From Octopus bimaculoides (Eukaryota), in NCBI RefSeq assembly GCF_001194135.2, contig NC_068982.1, forward strand, positions 118,642,959-118,705,033: 62,075 nt of DNA, given 5' to 3'. The notes below the pieces were generated by a model. That model did no database searches. It saw nothing but the letters and a program-made list of their open reading frames with translations, and was not told the origin of the DNA. Position 1 is the stretch's first letter. Every line of letters begins with the position of its first letter. Of the stretch, positions 48,340 through 61,430 are shown one piece after another. Both the position numbers and the translations under genes were made by a program.

Positions 48340-49809
48340 TAGGGTGCGTAAGATAATTGAGGACAGATCTACGTTTATAAAGAAATGAAAATAACACTCA
48401 ATAATTTTCAGGCGGCAAGCTGGCAGAAAAGTTAGCACGCCGGGTGAACTACTTAGCGGTATTTTATCTGTCTTTTCGCTCTGAGTTCAAATTCCACCGT
48501 TGTCGACTTTGGCATTTATCCTTTCGAGGTCGATAAATTAAGTACCAGTTTCGTACCGGGGTCTCTTATCGACTGGATTCCTCCCCAAACATTTCGGTCC
48601 ATGTACATAGAGTAGAAAAGAATAACAGATAATAGTTTATTTATCAAAAAATGCTGTGAGGGTAAAAATAAACCTTCTGTTATATAATATTATTGAATGA
48701 AGCCACCTTCATCTTCAGCAACTGCTTCTATATGAAATCTAAATCATCTACATGCTCGAATCAAGTGGTCCTGGTTCATTCTGGACATTACACTGACTAC
48801 GCTACCTTTCAAAGAATCTTTGGTGTTATGGGTGTGTTCATTGACCTCTCTCTCTCTCTCAACAACGCTCCACATGTAATAATCTAATGGATTGTGACCT
48901 GGGGAATTAGGAAGCCAAATGTTAGGGGTAATGTGATCATGACAATTTTCAGCCATCCACTCCTGTGATACTAGAACCGTGTGTGATAGTGCAGAGCCTT
49001 ACTGAAACACATATGGCCTTCCATTGCTTACACTTAATAATTATTTCCAGGACCTCAATGTTGGCGGCAGAGTTAACACTAAGGCCTTGTGGAAAGAAGC
49101 AAGGAGACATCACATGTCCTTCATTGTTTACAACCCCAAAAACCATGACAGTTGCAGGAAAATTTGCATACATAACACGTGGAACATCAGAAGTGTCTGC
49201 ACGTAACCGTCTGTCATTTCTTCTATTAAGTTTTTGATCTTAGTCGAAGTATTTCCCGTTTGAGAAAAAAGAAATCAAATCTTCTGCTGGGTTTTTTTAA
49301 GTTTGTTTAAGAGCCTTTAAGATCAGACGTAGTGATTTTCTTTTGCTTTTGCTGACAACTTGTCCTTTCTTCATCATATTAGTCTTATATCTGATATCGT
49401 CGCGGACATCATTTCTGACTACTTCTTCTGAAACATAGAGATTATTTGCAATTGACTTCATGGATTTTTTGTGGGATTGTAATCAATGGTCTATTGAACT
49501 TGCTGGATAAATTCAGGTGTTCTCATGATTTCAGGGCGTTTAGAATGCTTTTTTTTATTCTTTGATACCGGGGATACGTTTCCATCTTCAGTCTCTAGCA
49601 CCTTATAAACTTTGTAGACGAAAGATCTGGCAACTTCTAAAACACGTAATATTTCTAAATCGCTATGCTCAGCCTTTATAAGCATAATTACATGATGCCT
49701 CTTTATTTCTTGAGTAAGCTGAGGGACTGAAACAAAGATTATACGGAGTTAGCAAAATATGCAGCAATGACCCAGAAAAGGCATGACCTCAAATACCTTA
49801 CGCACCCTG
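48340..49809 (-). mobile_element. Full-length decayed Tc1/mariner element (maT/DD37D-like) with both TIRs and TA target duplication
   Basis: TIRs TAGGGTGCGTAAGATAATTGAGG (48340) and CAGGGTGCGTAAGGTATTTGAGG (reverse complement ending at 49809), each flanked by TA. Transposase remnants MLIKAEHSDLEI, VMVFGVVNNEGHVM, GRPYVFQ, WLPNSPGHNPLDYYMW, EAEGGFIQ. A SINE is nested inside. Confidence 0.9.
48411..48625 (+). mobile_element. SINE family A, full length, nested in the maT element
   Basis: ggcggcaagctggcagaaaagttagcacgccggg...ctgagttcaaattcc...gtcgataaattaagtaccag...agagtagaaaagaata. Confidence 0.85.
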
Positions 49810-50058
49810 TATATATGTATAACCATATACTTATTTTATGTGTGTGTATCTATATAATTACTCACATAGTTATAAACATATTTACCTACTTGTCCAGTAT
49901 ATTCTGGCCGTGAATTTGAGGAGTACTTACATAAGCATTTAGTTGAATTAAGAAATAAAAGAATTTTCAAAACGCATGAACGAGGGAAAGCAAATGACAG
50001 GAAGATTGGAACGAAGATAAAAACGCAGAAATACAGAAATAAAGAAAGGACACAAAGT

Positions 50059-50100
<42 letters not shown>

Positions 50101-50419
50101 NNNNNNNNNNNNNNNNNNNNNNNNNNNNNNNNNNNNNNNNNNNNNNNNNNNNNNNNNNNNNNNNNNNNNNNNNNNNNNNNNNNNNNNNNNNNNNNNNNNN
50201 NNNNNNNNNNNNNNNNNNNNNNNNNNNNNNNNNNNNNNNNNNNNNACAATTGGCTTCATTTTGCATGATTTACGAGTTTCTCTTTGGGCATCTGCTCTAG
50301 ACATTCGCATTTACGGAAATACATTAATGATCCCGGTGCTAGCTCAAAATACTGCATAGCGATCCAGTGAGATGCTCCCAAGTATATGTGTTGAATATTC
50401 AATCTTTTACGTTTAATTT

Positions 50420-51140
50420 CAGTGCATCATTATGGATTCTACAATTTACGCCAAAATTTTCTGATCCCGCATTTGCAAGCGTAAAACATTACTTTTGGCA
50501 ATAAATAGTCAGGAATTTGTCTTGCATTAGGATTTTGTTGAGCTGAGGCAAATATGCAGGAGAGTCGCCTACCTGACTAATTCTATGTCGACAATCTACG
50601 CTTTGTATTTCCAATTGGAAAGACACGTTCAAAGTGCATGTTATCCAGAAATATGGTATTCACATAAGTAGTTTCGGCACTGAGGATCAGAACCAGAAGG
50701 AAAGCTGCATTATAAACTTAAAGTTTGATATATATATGTATCCGAAAACCAGGATTGTTCTCACTTTATGCTGCAGTTCTCTCTCAGCTGCACTTACTAT
50801 CACTGCCGTCAATGAATAATGCCACTGCTATTTGAAGATAGTACCTCCAAGATATTCAGAATAGTTTGAAATTTTCAACTCTGTTCTACGTATATTTACT
50901 CCAGGTAAGGCACATTTTAGAATAAGTTGATGCAGTAATCCTGTTTCGATCAGAGGTGAATGACAGACCAAAGTTGTCACTGCATTTCCTAATAAATCGA
51001 CTCGTTCTTACCTGCTGAATTTGTCTTTCGAAATGAATCGGTAATCTGTTGCAAGCAGCAGTTCAAAGACACAAGCTTGAATTTAAGTTTTGCCTGTAAT
51101 CTTCGAAGTTTGAACCATTTCTCATGATATCTGTTGCTTG
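50420..51140 (-). mobile_element. RTE-clade LINE RT remnant
   Basis: KWFKLRRLQAKLK (cf. GKLFNLRRLQAKTK), NFGLS, a KLKVYNAA-like segment and LNKILMQDK (cf. IKWQDK). Confidence 0.7.
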
Positions 51141-51599
51141 CTAATATCAATTTTCAAAGGATGAGAAGGCTTCTGTCATCATGAGAGAGAGAGAGACAAT
51201 GAGAGTTACATATATGTGGAGGGTGCGTGTATGTGTGTGTGTGCTACTTTGTGTAAGATGGCTTAAAATGAATAACTTCAAGTTCTTTAGAAATATAAAT
51301 TGATGTACAGTTAATACAATGTATGTATTTATAGAGATATTATACAAATCAGTATTTTAGTACTAAGCGTTTTTTTTTTGTTTTTTAATAGATCTGACCA
51401 ATATGATACCTGAGTAATACATCGATACATTCTGAATTAATAAATTTCTGCTGCATTTCATTAATTTCAATTAAAGTAATTCTGTTCTTAAGCATTCACA
51501 AACTTATACAATTCTCGAAGTTTAGAATGACAGATAGTCAAAACGTTGGCTGCTGGGAAGACCCTACGCCTGGCAACAGGTCTCTGCACCACGCCACAC

Positions 51600-51865
51600 C
51601 AAGGGGAGAACCCAAAGATAAGCTGAAGGCAGCAACTATATCAACATTCACCAACTGAAACAAGGAGACTGTCCAGATGTTTTGCAAGAAATTCCGATGA
51701 CATCTAGAGGCCCTGGTTGAAGCAAATGGCGATTTTATTGAATAGTTTCACTCTTTAGTATTTCAAGATATTTTTATGTAATTTTGGTAAATATGTCTTT
51801 TAAAATGAGATGTCAGCGTTATTTCCGTTTTTGCGTAATTTAGACGACAGTTTACCGCACCTGAC
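51600..51865 (+). mobile_element. maT-like transposon 3' fragment (second family)
   Basis: KDKLKAATISTFTN*NKETVQMFCKKFR*HLEALVEANGDFIE*, followed by a degenerate TIR tttaccgcacctg. Confidence 0.7.
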
Positions 51866-52759
51866 ACACACACACACATACACACATGTGCGCGCGCGCA
51901 CACATGCACATATTGTTAATATTTGGCAGACGTAAGGGACAAACACTAGGGTCGAGTTTTTCGTGAGTTATCAAGTTTTGGTAAGAGCTAACGCACGAAG
52001 CTACGTATATATATATATATATATNNNNNNNNNNNNNNNNNNNNNNNNNNNNNNNNNNNNNNNNNNNNNNNNNNNNNNNNNNNNNNNNNNNNNNNNNNNN
52101 NNNNNNNNNNNNNNNNNNNNNNNNNNNNNNNNNNNNNNNNNNNNNNNNNNNNNNNNNNNNNNNNNNNNNNNNNNNNNNNNNNNNNNNNNNNNNNNNNNNN
52201 NNNNNNNNNNNNNNNNNNNNNNNNNNNNNNNNNNNNNNNNNNNNNNNNNNNNNNNNNNNNNNNNNNNNNNNNNNNNNNNNNNNNNNNNNNNNNNNNNNNN
52301 NNNNNNNNNNNNNNNNNNNNNNNNNNNNNNNNNNNNNNNNNNNNNNNNNNNNNNNNNNNNNNNNNNNNNNNNNNNNNNNNNNNNNNNNNNNNNNNNNNNN
52401 NNNNNNNNNNNNNNNNNNNNNNNNNNNNNNNNNNNNNNNNNNNNNNNNNNNNNNNNNNNNNNNNNNNNNNNNNNNNNNNNNNNNNNNNNNNNNNNNNNNN
52501 NNNNNNNNNNNNNNNNNNNNNNNNNNNNNNNNNNNNNNNNNNNNNNNNNNNNNNNNNNNNNNNNNNNNNNNNNNNNNNNNNNNNNNNNNNNNNNNNNNNN
52601 NNNNNNNNNNNNNNNNNNNNNNTATGAGGGTAAAAAAATTAAAATAATTTTTTACCAGTGGTTCGCATGCGTAATAAAAGTCATAAGATATAATCTATTT
52701 TCATATACAGGAATCATATTTTTGTGGTTTGGGTTTAAATTCCCCTTTTAGCATGTAAG

Positions 52760-52995
52760 AAGTCATGTCAAGGGTCTTCTCTCTGTGTTTAAATCGTTAT
52801 ATACTTTTATATATGCATTCTACACATTCTTTATTTCCTCTCCGTTTCTTTCTGTGTTCTTTTCTGTGGAAGAGCCTAAGCTCGAAACGTTAAAGACTTT
52901 TTCACTTCCCGAGTGTTAAACTAATACATCCGTTTGTTATCTACACCACCTGGCTTCGTCCTTTCTTATTTTTTTTGTTTTGTGATTTCTCCCTA
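52760..52995 (+). mobile_element. Penelope-like terminal fragment
   Basis: Pyrimidine-rich segment, hammerhead-like motif, then ttcccgagtgttaaactaataca...ttctccc(TA)n. Confidence 0.6.
52860..52895 (+). ncRNA. Hammerhead-like motif with variant core CUGUGGA
   Basis: tttt-CTGTGGA-a-GAGC-ctaa-GCTC-GAA-ACGT-t-aaag: 4-bp stem II, palindromic ACGT stem III, 3-4 bp stem I. Confidence 0.55.
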
Positions 52996-53267
52996 TATAT
53001 ATATAATTAAAAATATTGCAGTTCTAAATCTTCCAGTAGCAGTCACGCAGTAGCAATACAATAAAGTGATGGTTTGTTTCCAGCTTAATGTGGCAGTCTC
53101 AGGAAAGAGAAGAATGTTACTGCTAATTAGCCCCAAGTAACACCGTTTCTAGTTGGCTACGTGATACAAGCGTTCTGTGTCTTTAAGTTTTCAAATAAGG
53201 GAGATAAGCAACTCCACCCAACAAAGCCAGCATTCAGTTTTCTGAAACTAGTCTGTGGATGCTGGCT

Positions 53268-53341
<74 letters not shown>

Positions 53342-53358
53342 CATCATCATCATAATAA
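53268..53358. repeat. (TAA)n/(TCA)n microsatellite, possibly a retroposon tail
   Basis: Perfect TAA run following gaaactagtctgtggatgctggctt. Confidence 0.85.
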
Positions 53359-53548
53359 TGTACATGATTTGAGATGTTTACCTAGTCGTAACGTTTGTTC
53401 TCTTTAACAATTACATATCAGCTATATCGGAAATGTGCAATGGCTCCATAACTATCGTCTCGGCTCTAACCTTGGAGCCTTAGTAATCCGTTACAGTACC
53501 TACCTAGGGTATCTAATCGTTTAGATCACCTGTTAACTAAACCTCCAT

Positions 53549-53595
<47 letters not shown>

Positions 53596-54203
53596 TCTCA
53601 TCCTCTCTTTCACCTCCTTTCCTTTTCTTTCACTGTTTTGAGTTACTCATTCCACCTCTTTCTGTGTATTTTCCCCAGACTTTCCCGAGCTATATTCACA
53701 AATACAATTCGACAGAGAATATCTAGTTGGATTGTGATAGCGACTTGCAAGTATTTCTCAATAAACCATTACAAATGCCGTCCAATGAAAAAAGAGAACA
53801 TAGAGAACAAGTACTGCCGCATATACTGCAGTTTACATAAAATACTCATACATGTACGGGCACACAGTTATACATATATACACATCTGGAATCACACATG
53901 GATAAAAACCTACAAATATACGTGCGTTTCTCTGCCAGTATCTGTGCAACACTGTATTTTTGTTTTAATGTGCGAATTAGCTTTGTTTCCCTTTCTTCTA
54001 CGGTAATGTATTGTAGGAGCTGTATAGCGATGAGAGAATAACATTAACGTTCTCTATTTCTGATTAAGAATGTGATTAGCTTCAACAGAAGAAACACTCA
54101 GATGAATGCTAGAACGCAAATTTTCCCTACCCGTCACTATTTATCAAATGATCTCTGTCTTTGTTTCTGCTTGTCTCTCTCTCCGTCTCTTTCGCTGTCT
54201 GTC

Positions 54204-54343
<140 letters not shown>

Positions 54344-55094
54344 TCAACAGACATCAGACTGGATCTATCTACCTGTGCATTTGTAATGCATCGCCATTAT
54401 TTGCTGTGATTATTAAAATCTGCCACCTGATTGTTATTTTATATTTTTATATTTTATGCCCGATATTAATGAAATATATTGATTTCTTACATAATCACAA
54501 GCGAAACACAGATGAAAGTAATTTATGATATCAATACCGTCCTTTATAGTATCACATGCATAAGCGAAGAACATATTATTACATTTTGTCGACCCAATCA
54601 ATCAATGAAACACACACACTACACTCACACACACAGACACATACACATAAATATACACATACATACATACATACATACATACATACATACATACATACAT
54701 ACATGATACATTATGCCCTGTGTGAAAAAATATAAAATAAGAATTGTTTTACGTGACAAAATTTTATTGTTTCGAGGGAGAAAAAAGGAGAATCTCAGAT
54801 ATCCATGATTTCTTCAAAAGCAATAAATACAAGGACCCACAATTTTGTCCGTTTTCTAACATAATACCAATGTAATCAAATCAATGAGTGGTCATCTATG
54901 CGGATGCATCGAAGTGTTAGGAATTGCAGTCAAATTTCCTTGGGTAGTAAGTAGATCGAATAAAAGAAGAGTATTAGCAATAATTTTAGCGTTAAATACA
55001 ATGTCACGCAGTATTTGTTCCAGTTCTCTATGATCTATGTTCGAGTAATTTTCGAAGTACCAGACGTGAAGTTAAATATTTCTTCTCTCTTTCT

Positions 55095-55135
<41 letters not shown>

Positions 55136-58100
55136 CAGGATTCAACTGTAATCAGACAATGAAATTTCAAATGACCAAAATACCTAGTATGTCACACTAC
55201 GATCCTGTAATATGTTGTGAACCTAGGACAAGGTACGAGTTAATCTATCGTTCAGTGTGACTATTTCTTGGCTGAAAATAACATTTTCTACATGTCTTCG
55301 AACCAAGATTCTTCTCAGAAGAATTTTTCTCCTTTTCCTCGTAAGTTTTGAACCAATGAAAATGTAATCGGCACCCAATGCATAAAACAGAACAGTTATC
55401 ATACACTACTGCCATAGGAAAAAGGACTCTCATGATAGCATAGTTACGGATAGATCATTTCAATCAGAGACTTGCTTGATTATTGCTGACTTGGGATTAA
55501 ACAACTGCAAATTTATAGTAGTCTGAATATCAACATATACTGATCTCATTTTGCTATTTTAAGAATAAAAATGGCATACGTAAGACACTAGCACCTGGTA
55601 ATGAAGTAGAAATTCTTAAATCGAATTCGTTACTTGGATGCCAGTGAATCAAATATTACTTCTGGAAAGACTGGGATCACGTTTATCCGTCGTCTACACG
55701 CAAGCACATCCAACACAAATTTATTTTAAGAACGCAGTAACACTCAACAGGTAATTGTTACATGTATATATCATTTGTTGATAATTACTGAACTTTTAAA
55801 ACTGTACGTGCAAAATCTAGAGATACAATGACACCCCAGTCTTTCGATTTACCATCAACTTTACTCGTTCTGCAACAGCCCGAGTGAACTCTTCCCATCA
55901 TCTTTCCCCGTTAGATTTATAGACTTCGCAAATGCATTCCACCCTCTACTGCAGGTTTTTTTTTTTTCGATAAGGACTAACATGAGTTCAAAAATGCCAT
56001 TAAACAATTTCAGTATCAACAGTTAAAAAATACTGATTATATTCTGGAGCGATATATAATAGCAAGTTTCGCTTGTCGAAATTTTAATGATAATCTACAG
56101 CAATAAAATGACAACCTCCCAAGTAATTGTTTGTGTATTTACAACACAGAGTAATTGGTCGTTGAACTGATTTTGAACACCCTATTTTCAGGAGCTGAAA
56201 GAACATTTTAAATCAAATTGTAATTGAACAGATATATCTGGGAGTCCTATACAAATGTTTTTAATTTTTAAAAGTATGTGGAAGACAAAATCAGAAAATC
56301 AATGAATTAAACCAAAGTGACTATTCACGAAATTAATTTCAACACCTAATTCTTAAAATAAGATTTTATGTTAATTACGTCTGTATAATTACGCATTGTA
56401 CTATGTCCAGGGAAAAAAGTTTTTATATTTTCAATATTTTTCAAGTTTTATTTCTCAAAATGAGATTTCTGAATGCTGTTAAAAATGCTTGCAAATTAGA
56501 GGAAATATTTGTAAATTAAAACAATGCAAATAATTATGGAATAATTAAGGCAAATTGAAAATAATTATGCAACGCAAATAATTATACAAATTGAACAGGT
56601 GTTTAAAGTCAAATATGTTTTGAAAGAAATGAATTAAAAGTGAAATATTTAAGGTTTGGTCAACTAGATGTTGTGACATAGATCCTCTCCTAAAACATCT
56701 AAGAAATAATGGAATCCTTCCGAGAATTGGTTTCAGCAAATTCTTATGTTATATAACCAGGTAAATACAATCCACAGACGCCACTCGTTAAGATGAAAAA
56801 TAGATATGCTGCAGGTAGCATTCAATGCAGCAAACATGAAAAATCAAAATAGCTGTAAACAATAACTTTATGAATTGAAATATTAGTTACTCCTTAATAT
56901 TATATTATTTCTGGATAAAAATTTACGTCTTAAGAAGTATTTGGTTATGCATCACGGCAACCTATAGGACATAGTAACAAATCTTCCTCCAAATATATTC
57001 TAACTTCTAAAACTGAAAATATAAGAGATAAGGCAGACCAAGATAGAACCTTGTTACAAAGAAGAGGATGTAATCACAGTCGGAACGACATTGCACATAG
57101 GTATCATTCATCGACACCGATATCTGATTAAATGGTAAAATTATCAGCAATTAGAAACTGCACCAAAGAGTACACTAAAAATATAGAGCGAACCACGCTT
57201 TCAAAAAAAGATTGTTCGGATCGTTATTTATCCCCAAGTTGGCTTTTAAGACGCACAATACTGATGTAGTGCTCGTAATACGTGTGTACGGAGAGCTTAC
57301 TTTTTTTCCGTGTCTTGAAGTTTCGACAACTTGGCCCTTCCAGCGTCTAAAATAAAAACTAAGTTAAAGTTATGACTTAATTTCGAAAAATAATCTATGT
57401 AGCTTATTTGACAGCATGAAATGTTACACGAAGGCTGACAACAAAGAAAAAAAAATTAACTGGATGAAATCTTGGAAATAAGAAAATGTGATAGGGTCAA
57501 CTTGATTTATGGAAGAGTATTATGAAAACGCAGTATTGTGTGATAGTGGATTGATGTGGCTGCGGTAGAGACGACGATGAAATCTTTGATAATAGGAAAA
57601 ACATTTTGTGTTTTGACCAATTTAATTAAGTTACGCATTTTATCTAGCTGATAGATATTGACATAATTGTAGATTCAATTAACATAAAATATCTCTTCTT
57701 CTAACTTAGTATGTTAAGATAACAGAAGACATACTGAGAACTTAAATAACCTAGGGAGATGATCGTATATATGATGGTGTTACTGACATAAGTTTCAGAA
57801 TTCCAAATGAAAAAGAGATGAACGATAGTAAGCAAATGGATAACGGAGTCATTTCTTAATTTAAAAAATATATACTGACAAAAGATATTGAAAGACCATC
57901 ACCTCTGTTTATAAACGTTAAACACTGGTGTACCGTCTTAGACAAATATAAGAGGAAGATGAGTTGAGGATTTCCAATAGACGCAAATAGATACTGCAAA
58001 TATTTCCTATTGTAGTTTCGAGTAAACCAATTCTTTGTGTCGTTCGATAGACGAAAACTGTTGTGTGTACAAGTAATATATATATATATATATATATATA

Positions 58101-58290
58101 TANNNNNNNNNNNNNNNNNNNNNNNNNNNNNNNNNNNNNNNNNNNNNNNNNNNNNNNNNNNNNNNNNNNNNNNNNNNNNNNNNNNNNNNNNNNNNNNNNN
58201 NNNNNNNNNNNNNNNNNNNNNNNNNNNNNNNNNNNNNNNNNNNNNNNNNNNNNNNNNNNNNNNNNNNNNNNNNNNNNNNNNNNNNNNNNN

Positions 58291-58335
<45 letters not shown>

Positions 58336-58464
58336 GTGTGTGTATGTATGTATGCGTGTGTGTATATATATAAACATATATACACACATACATACATACA
58401 TACATACATACATACATACATACATACATAGATATATTATAGGTGTTGTTCTCATGATCACAAT

Positions 58465-58690
58465 ATTTCAATTCTCGGATCGGGCTGTGAGTTGTTGTCT
58501 TGATCAAGACACTTCGTCTCAATTTATTCTGCGATCAGGTCGACATCCGACGTCTGGCATTCTCCACCAGTAGAGGCAAATGTCGATTTAATGGAGAAAG
58601 TGAACTAGCGTCCAGTAGGATTTGATCATTATGAACAAGTGATCTATACGGGTTGTTCATCAACAAATTGCGTGAGAGGCTACCATTATA
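58465..58690 (+). mobile_element. Possible diverged SINE (third family)
   Basis: ttctcggatcgggctgtgagttgttgtcttgatcaagacactt resembles a B-box followed by the cttgagcaagacactt core typical of CORE/V-type SINEs. Confidence 0.4.
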
Positions 58691-59224
58691 TATTACTATA
58701 CATACATACATGTACGCATACAAACAAACAGGCATGCATCCATCTATATATGTGTACATACATATCTGTGTATGTGTTTGGGTGGATGGGTGTTCTGTGT
58801 GCTTCTATATGAGTAGGCATACGTGAGTGTTTGTGTATATCTGTTTCTATTTACTTGTGTAAACAGGTATGGCTTATGACATGCTTGTATGACAAAAGGT
58901 TAACCTAACCATTCGGTAAAAATCTATAAAACTGTAAATATGATGAAATGCGATTTAATATCGCTGCGAATGTATAAATATTTTAAAGCAATGCTAGAGA
59001 AATGACGCATCCCAAAGACAGCTAACTGTATAACACGAAATAAAAATAATGAAATGATTCCTTAAGCAAACAATTTTTGCAATACTTAATAGCACTTGAT
59101 AAGGCATTAATTATAATTGATGCTGCAGATATGGACCATATTTTAATTTAAATTCACCATCACCTTCTCTCACTGCATAGCATTTTGTCACCTAATATAT
59201 ACACGCATACATACACACACACTC

Positions 59225-59263
<39 letters not shown>

Positions 59264-60699
59264 NNNNNNNNNNNNNNNNNNNNNNNNNNNNNNNNNNNNN
59301 NNNNNNNNNNNNNNNNNNNNNNNNNNNNNNNNNNNNNNNNNNNNNNNNNNNNNNNNNNNNNNNNNNNNNNNNNNNNNNNNNNNNNNNNNNNNNNNNNNNN
59401 NNNNNNNNNNNNNNNNNNNNNNNNNNNNNNNNNNNNNNNNNNNNNNNNNNNNNNNNNNNNNNNNNNNNNNNNNNNNNNNNNNNNNNNNNNNNNNTATATA
59501 TATATATATATATGTATATATATACACACACACACATATATATAAATACATATACCTCCATTCACACACACGTATATATATGGTATACGTTACAGCTTTG
59601 ATTAAAGACTTCATAAAATGTTTGTAAACCTTGCAAAAGAAGAAAATTTATGGACATATTCATTCATGATGGAAATATTTATATTTGATCGGGCAAATGT
59701 TGTATTTACGGAACCTCATCCACGTAATGGAAATTTATGTGCGCTTGTGTGTATATGTGTATGTGCTTAAGTGTTCGTGCGTTCGAAGATACAAACAACG
59801 GAAAAATACCCTTTACATGCAGTGATTTAATTAGTAGGAGAAACTGAAAATTCAGTCCACTCCAGCTCAAACTTATGCATTCTGGCTGATCCTTCATACG
59901 GAAAGTTATTTAATCCTAATTTCAAAGAATCTCTGCTTGTCAAACTTCGGAAATTCGATGTAGTTACCTGATTAATATCATATACGTAACAGTGTGTCAT
60001 GGTTAGTCATTGAAAAACTTGTGTTGAAGTAGGTAAGATACTCGCTTTCCACTCACATGGCTCTGGATTCAATCTAATTACGTGTGATTATAGGTAAATA
60101 ATCTCGATGTGATCTATATCTTTTGCGATAAATTAGAGATAAGGAATATTTCTGGAAGCCAGATAAAAATATGTATCTCAAGTATCCGGGTTTGCATTTA
60201 TAACATCCACTCTGCTTGATAAACAGCTCAAAAGAACACTCAAACAAATACACGGTAAAATGTCAGTTGACCGAACATATGATTACACAACGTCGAAACG
60301 AACGCGGTTCCAATTACTTCACTTATGTGTCAGGCAGTGACTCAATTATTGAATTTATGGGAACATTTGCTAGTTTACAAACATCGTTGGTTAATTAGTA
60401 TAAATGGGTCGAAACTTCGGTGATTAAGCAATAACTCCTACGACACCCGCGTTTAACGTACGTTGACTATAATATTATTTTGTGTTATTACACATTCTGC
60501 TGACATGTTTCATTTAATTCCACATATCTTAATTTTCATATATTTTAAATATTAAAAATTATTAAGTATTTTCTCACATAAGTTATAGATATGAACCCGT
60601 TTTCTATTATCGTTTCAGAATATTGTTTCTTCATCTACTTGAAATATCTAAACATGGCAATTATTAATTGATTCCTTTTCTTTCTTTTTTTTTGTGTAG

Positions 60700-60747
60700 G
60701 AAAAACATCGCTTTGGTCTGACTGGTGGACATATGAAGGTATTTCAG
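60700..60747 (+). CDS. CA10: Internal coding micro-exon (48 nt, phase 1/1) of a carbonic anhydrase-related protein (CARP, CA10/CA11-like)
   Basis: Long polypyrimidine tract then tgtgtAG acceptor (60698-99); donor tcag|GTAAGA (60748); length divisible by 3. Translates to (G)KTSLWSDWWTYEGIS(G), matching the invertebrate CARP motif W-x-x-W-W-T-Y-[DE]-G-I-S-G-P. The next exon (P-x-F-W-G) is not seen in the window. Symbol is family-level; CA10 versus CA11 orthology is unresolved. Confidence 0.85.
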
Positions 60748-60849
60748 GTAAGATGATAAAGACACTCGATAAATATGACGTTTGAGAGTGGGCAAATTAA
60801 AATTTAACCTCTGTGTGCGCGGCTGCGCACACGTGCGAGTGTATGTGTG

Positions 60850-60887
<38 letters not shown>

Positions 60888-60893
<6 letters not shown>

Positions 60894-61307
60894 TATAGGG
60901 CAGGGAATTGCCAATTAGTAATAAAATTAATAATTAACAATTTTGCCAAGTAGTTCAGTATGAAAAAAACCTTTATCGGTAAAACCATGTATAATCATAA
61001 ATATAAGGGGTCAGCATGAGTTGCTTCACCAACATACTGAAAATTTAGAAATAGCAGTCAAAGAACTACTGATTCTAAACGTTTCATGGTTAAGAATATA
61101 AAACTACTCTTTTCCAATCCTCAACATGATGTACGATAAATCTGAAAATGTCTGTAAACTCATGGGTATCTGACCAAGCGACATCAAAAACACATGATGA
61201 AAGGCATTTACAAAATTTATCGGCTAGTAAGTTCAACATTTCACTCCAAGAATCTATCCCATGTGCGCCACAAATAGTCCCGCATAAAAAAAGTCCTGCA
61301 AAAACGG
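60888..61307 (-). repeat. Third copy of the unclassified repeat, inverted relative to 36090-36644, internally deleted
   Basis: gatatagggcagggaattgccaattagtaataaaattaataattaacaatt...agaaatagcagtcaaagaactactgattctaaac...atagtcccgcataaaa. Confidence 0.9.
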
Positions 61308-61430
61308 TTCGGCAAAAAAGACAATGGGATAAATATTAGGCTTACAAAGAATAAGTCCTGTTGTCGATTTGTTCGAGTAAAGTTGGTGCTGCAACATGGC
61401 CGTAGGCAAATAACTGAAACAAATAAAAGA
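61305..61430 (+). mobile_element. SINE family B, 3' fragment
   Basis: cggttcggcaaaa...taggcttacaaagaataagtcctg...gtcgatttgttcga...caacatggccg...actgaaacaaataaaaga. Confidence 0.8.

Noticed and set aside
53638-54006. 122-aa ORF with a strong acceptor at 53678
   Set aside because: No recognisable domain; its phase does not fit the CARP chain without a stop or frameshift.
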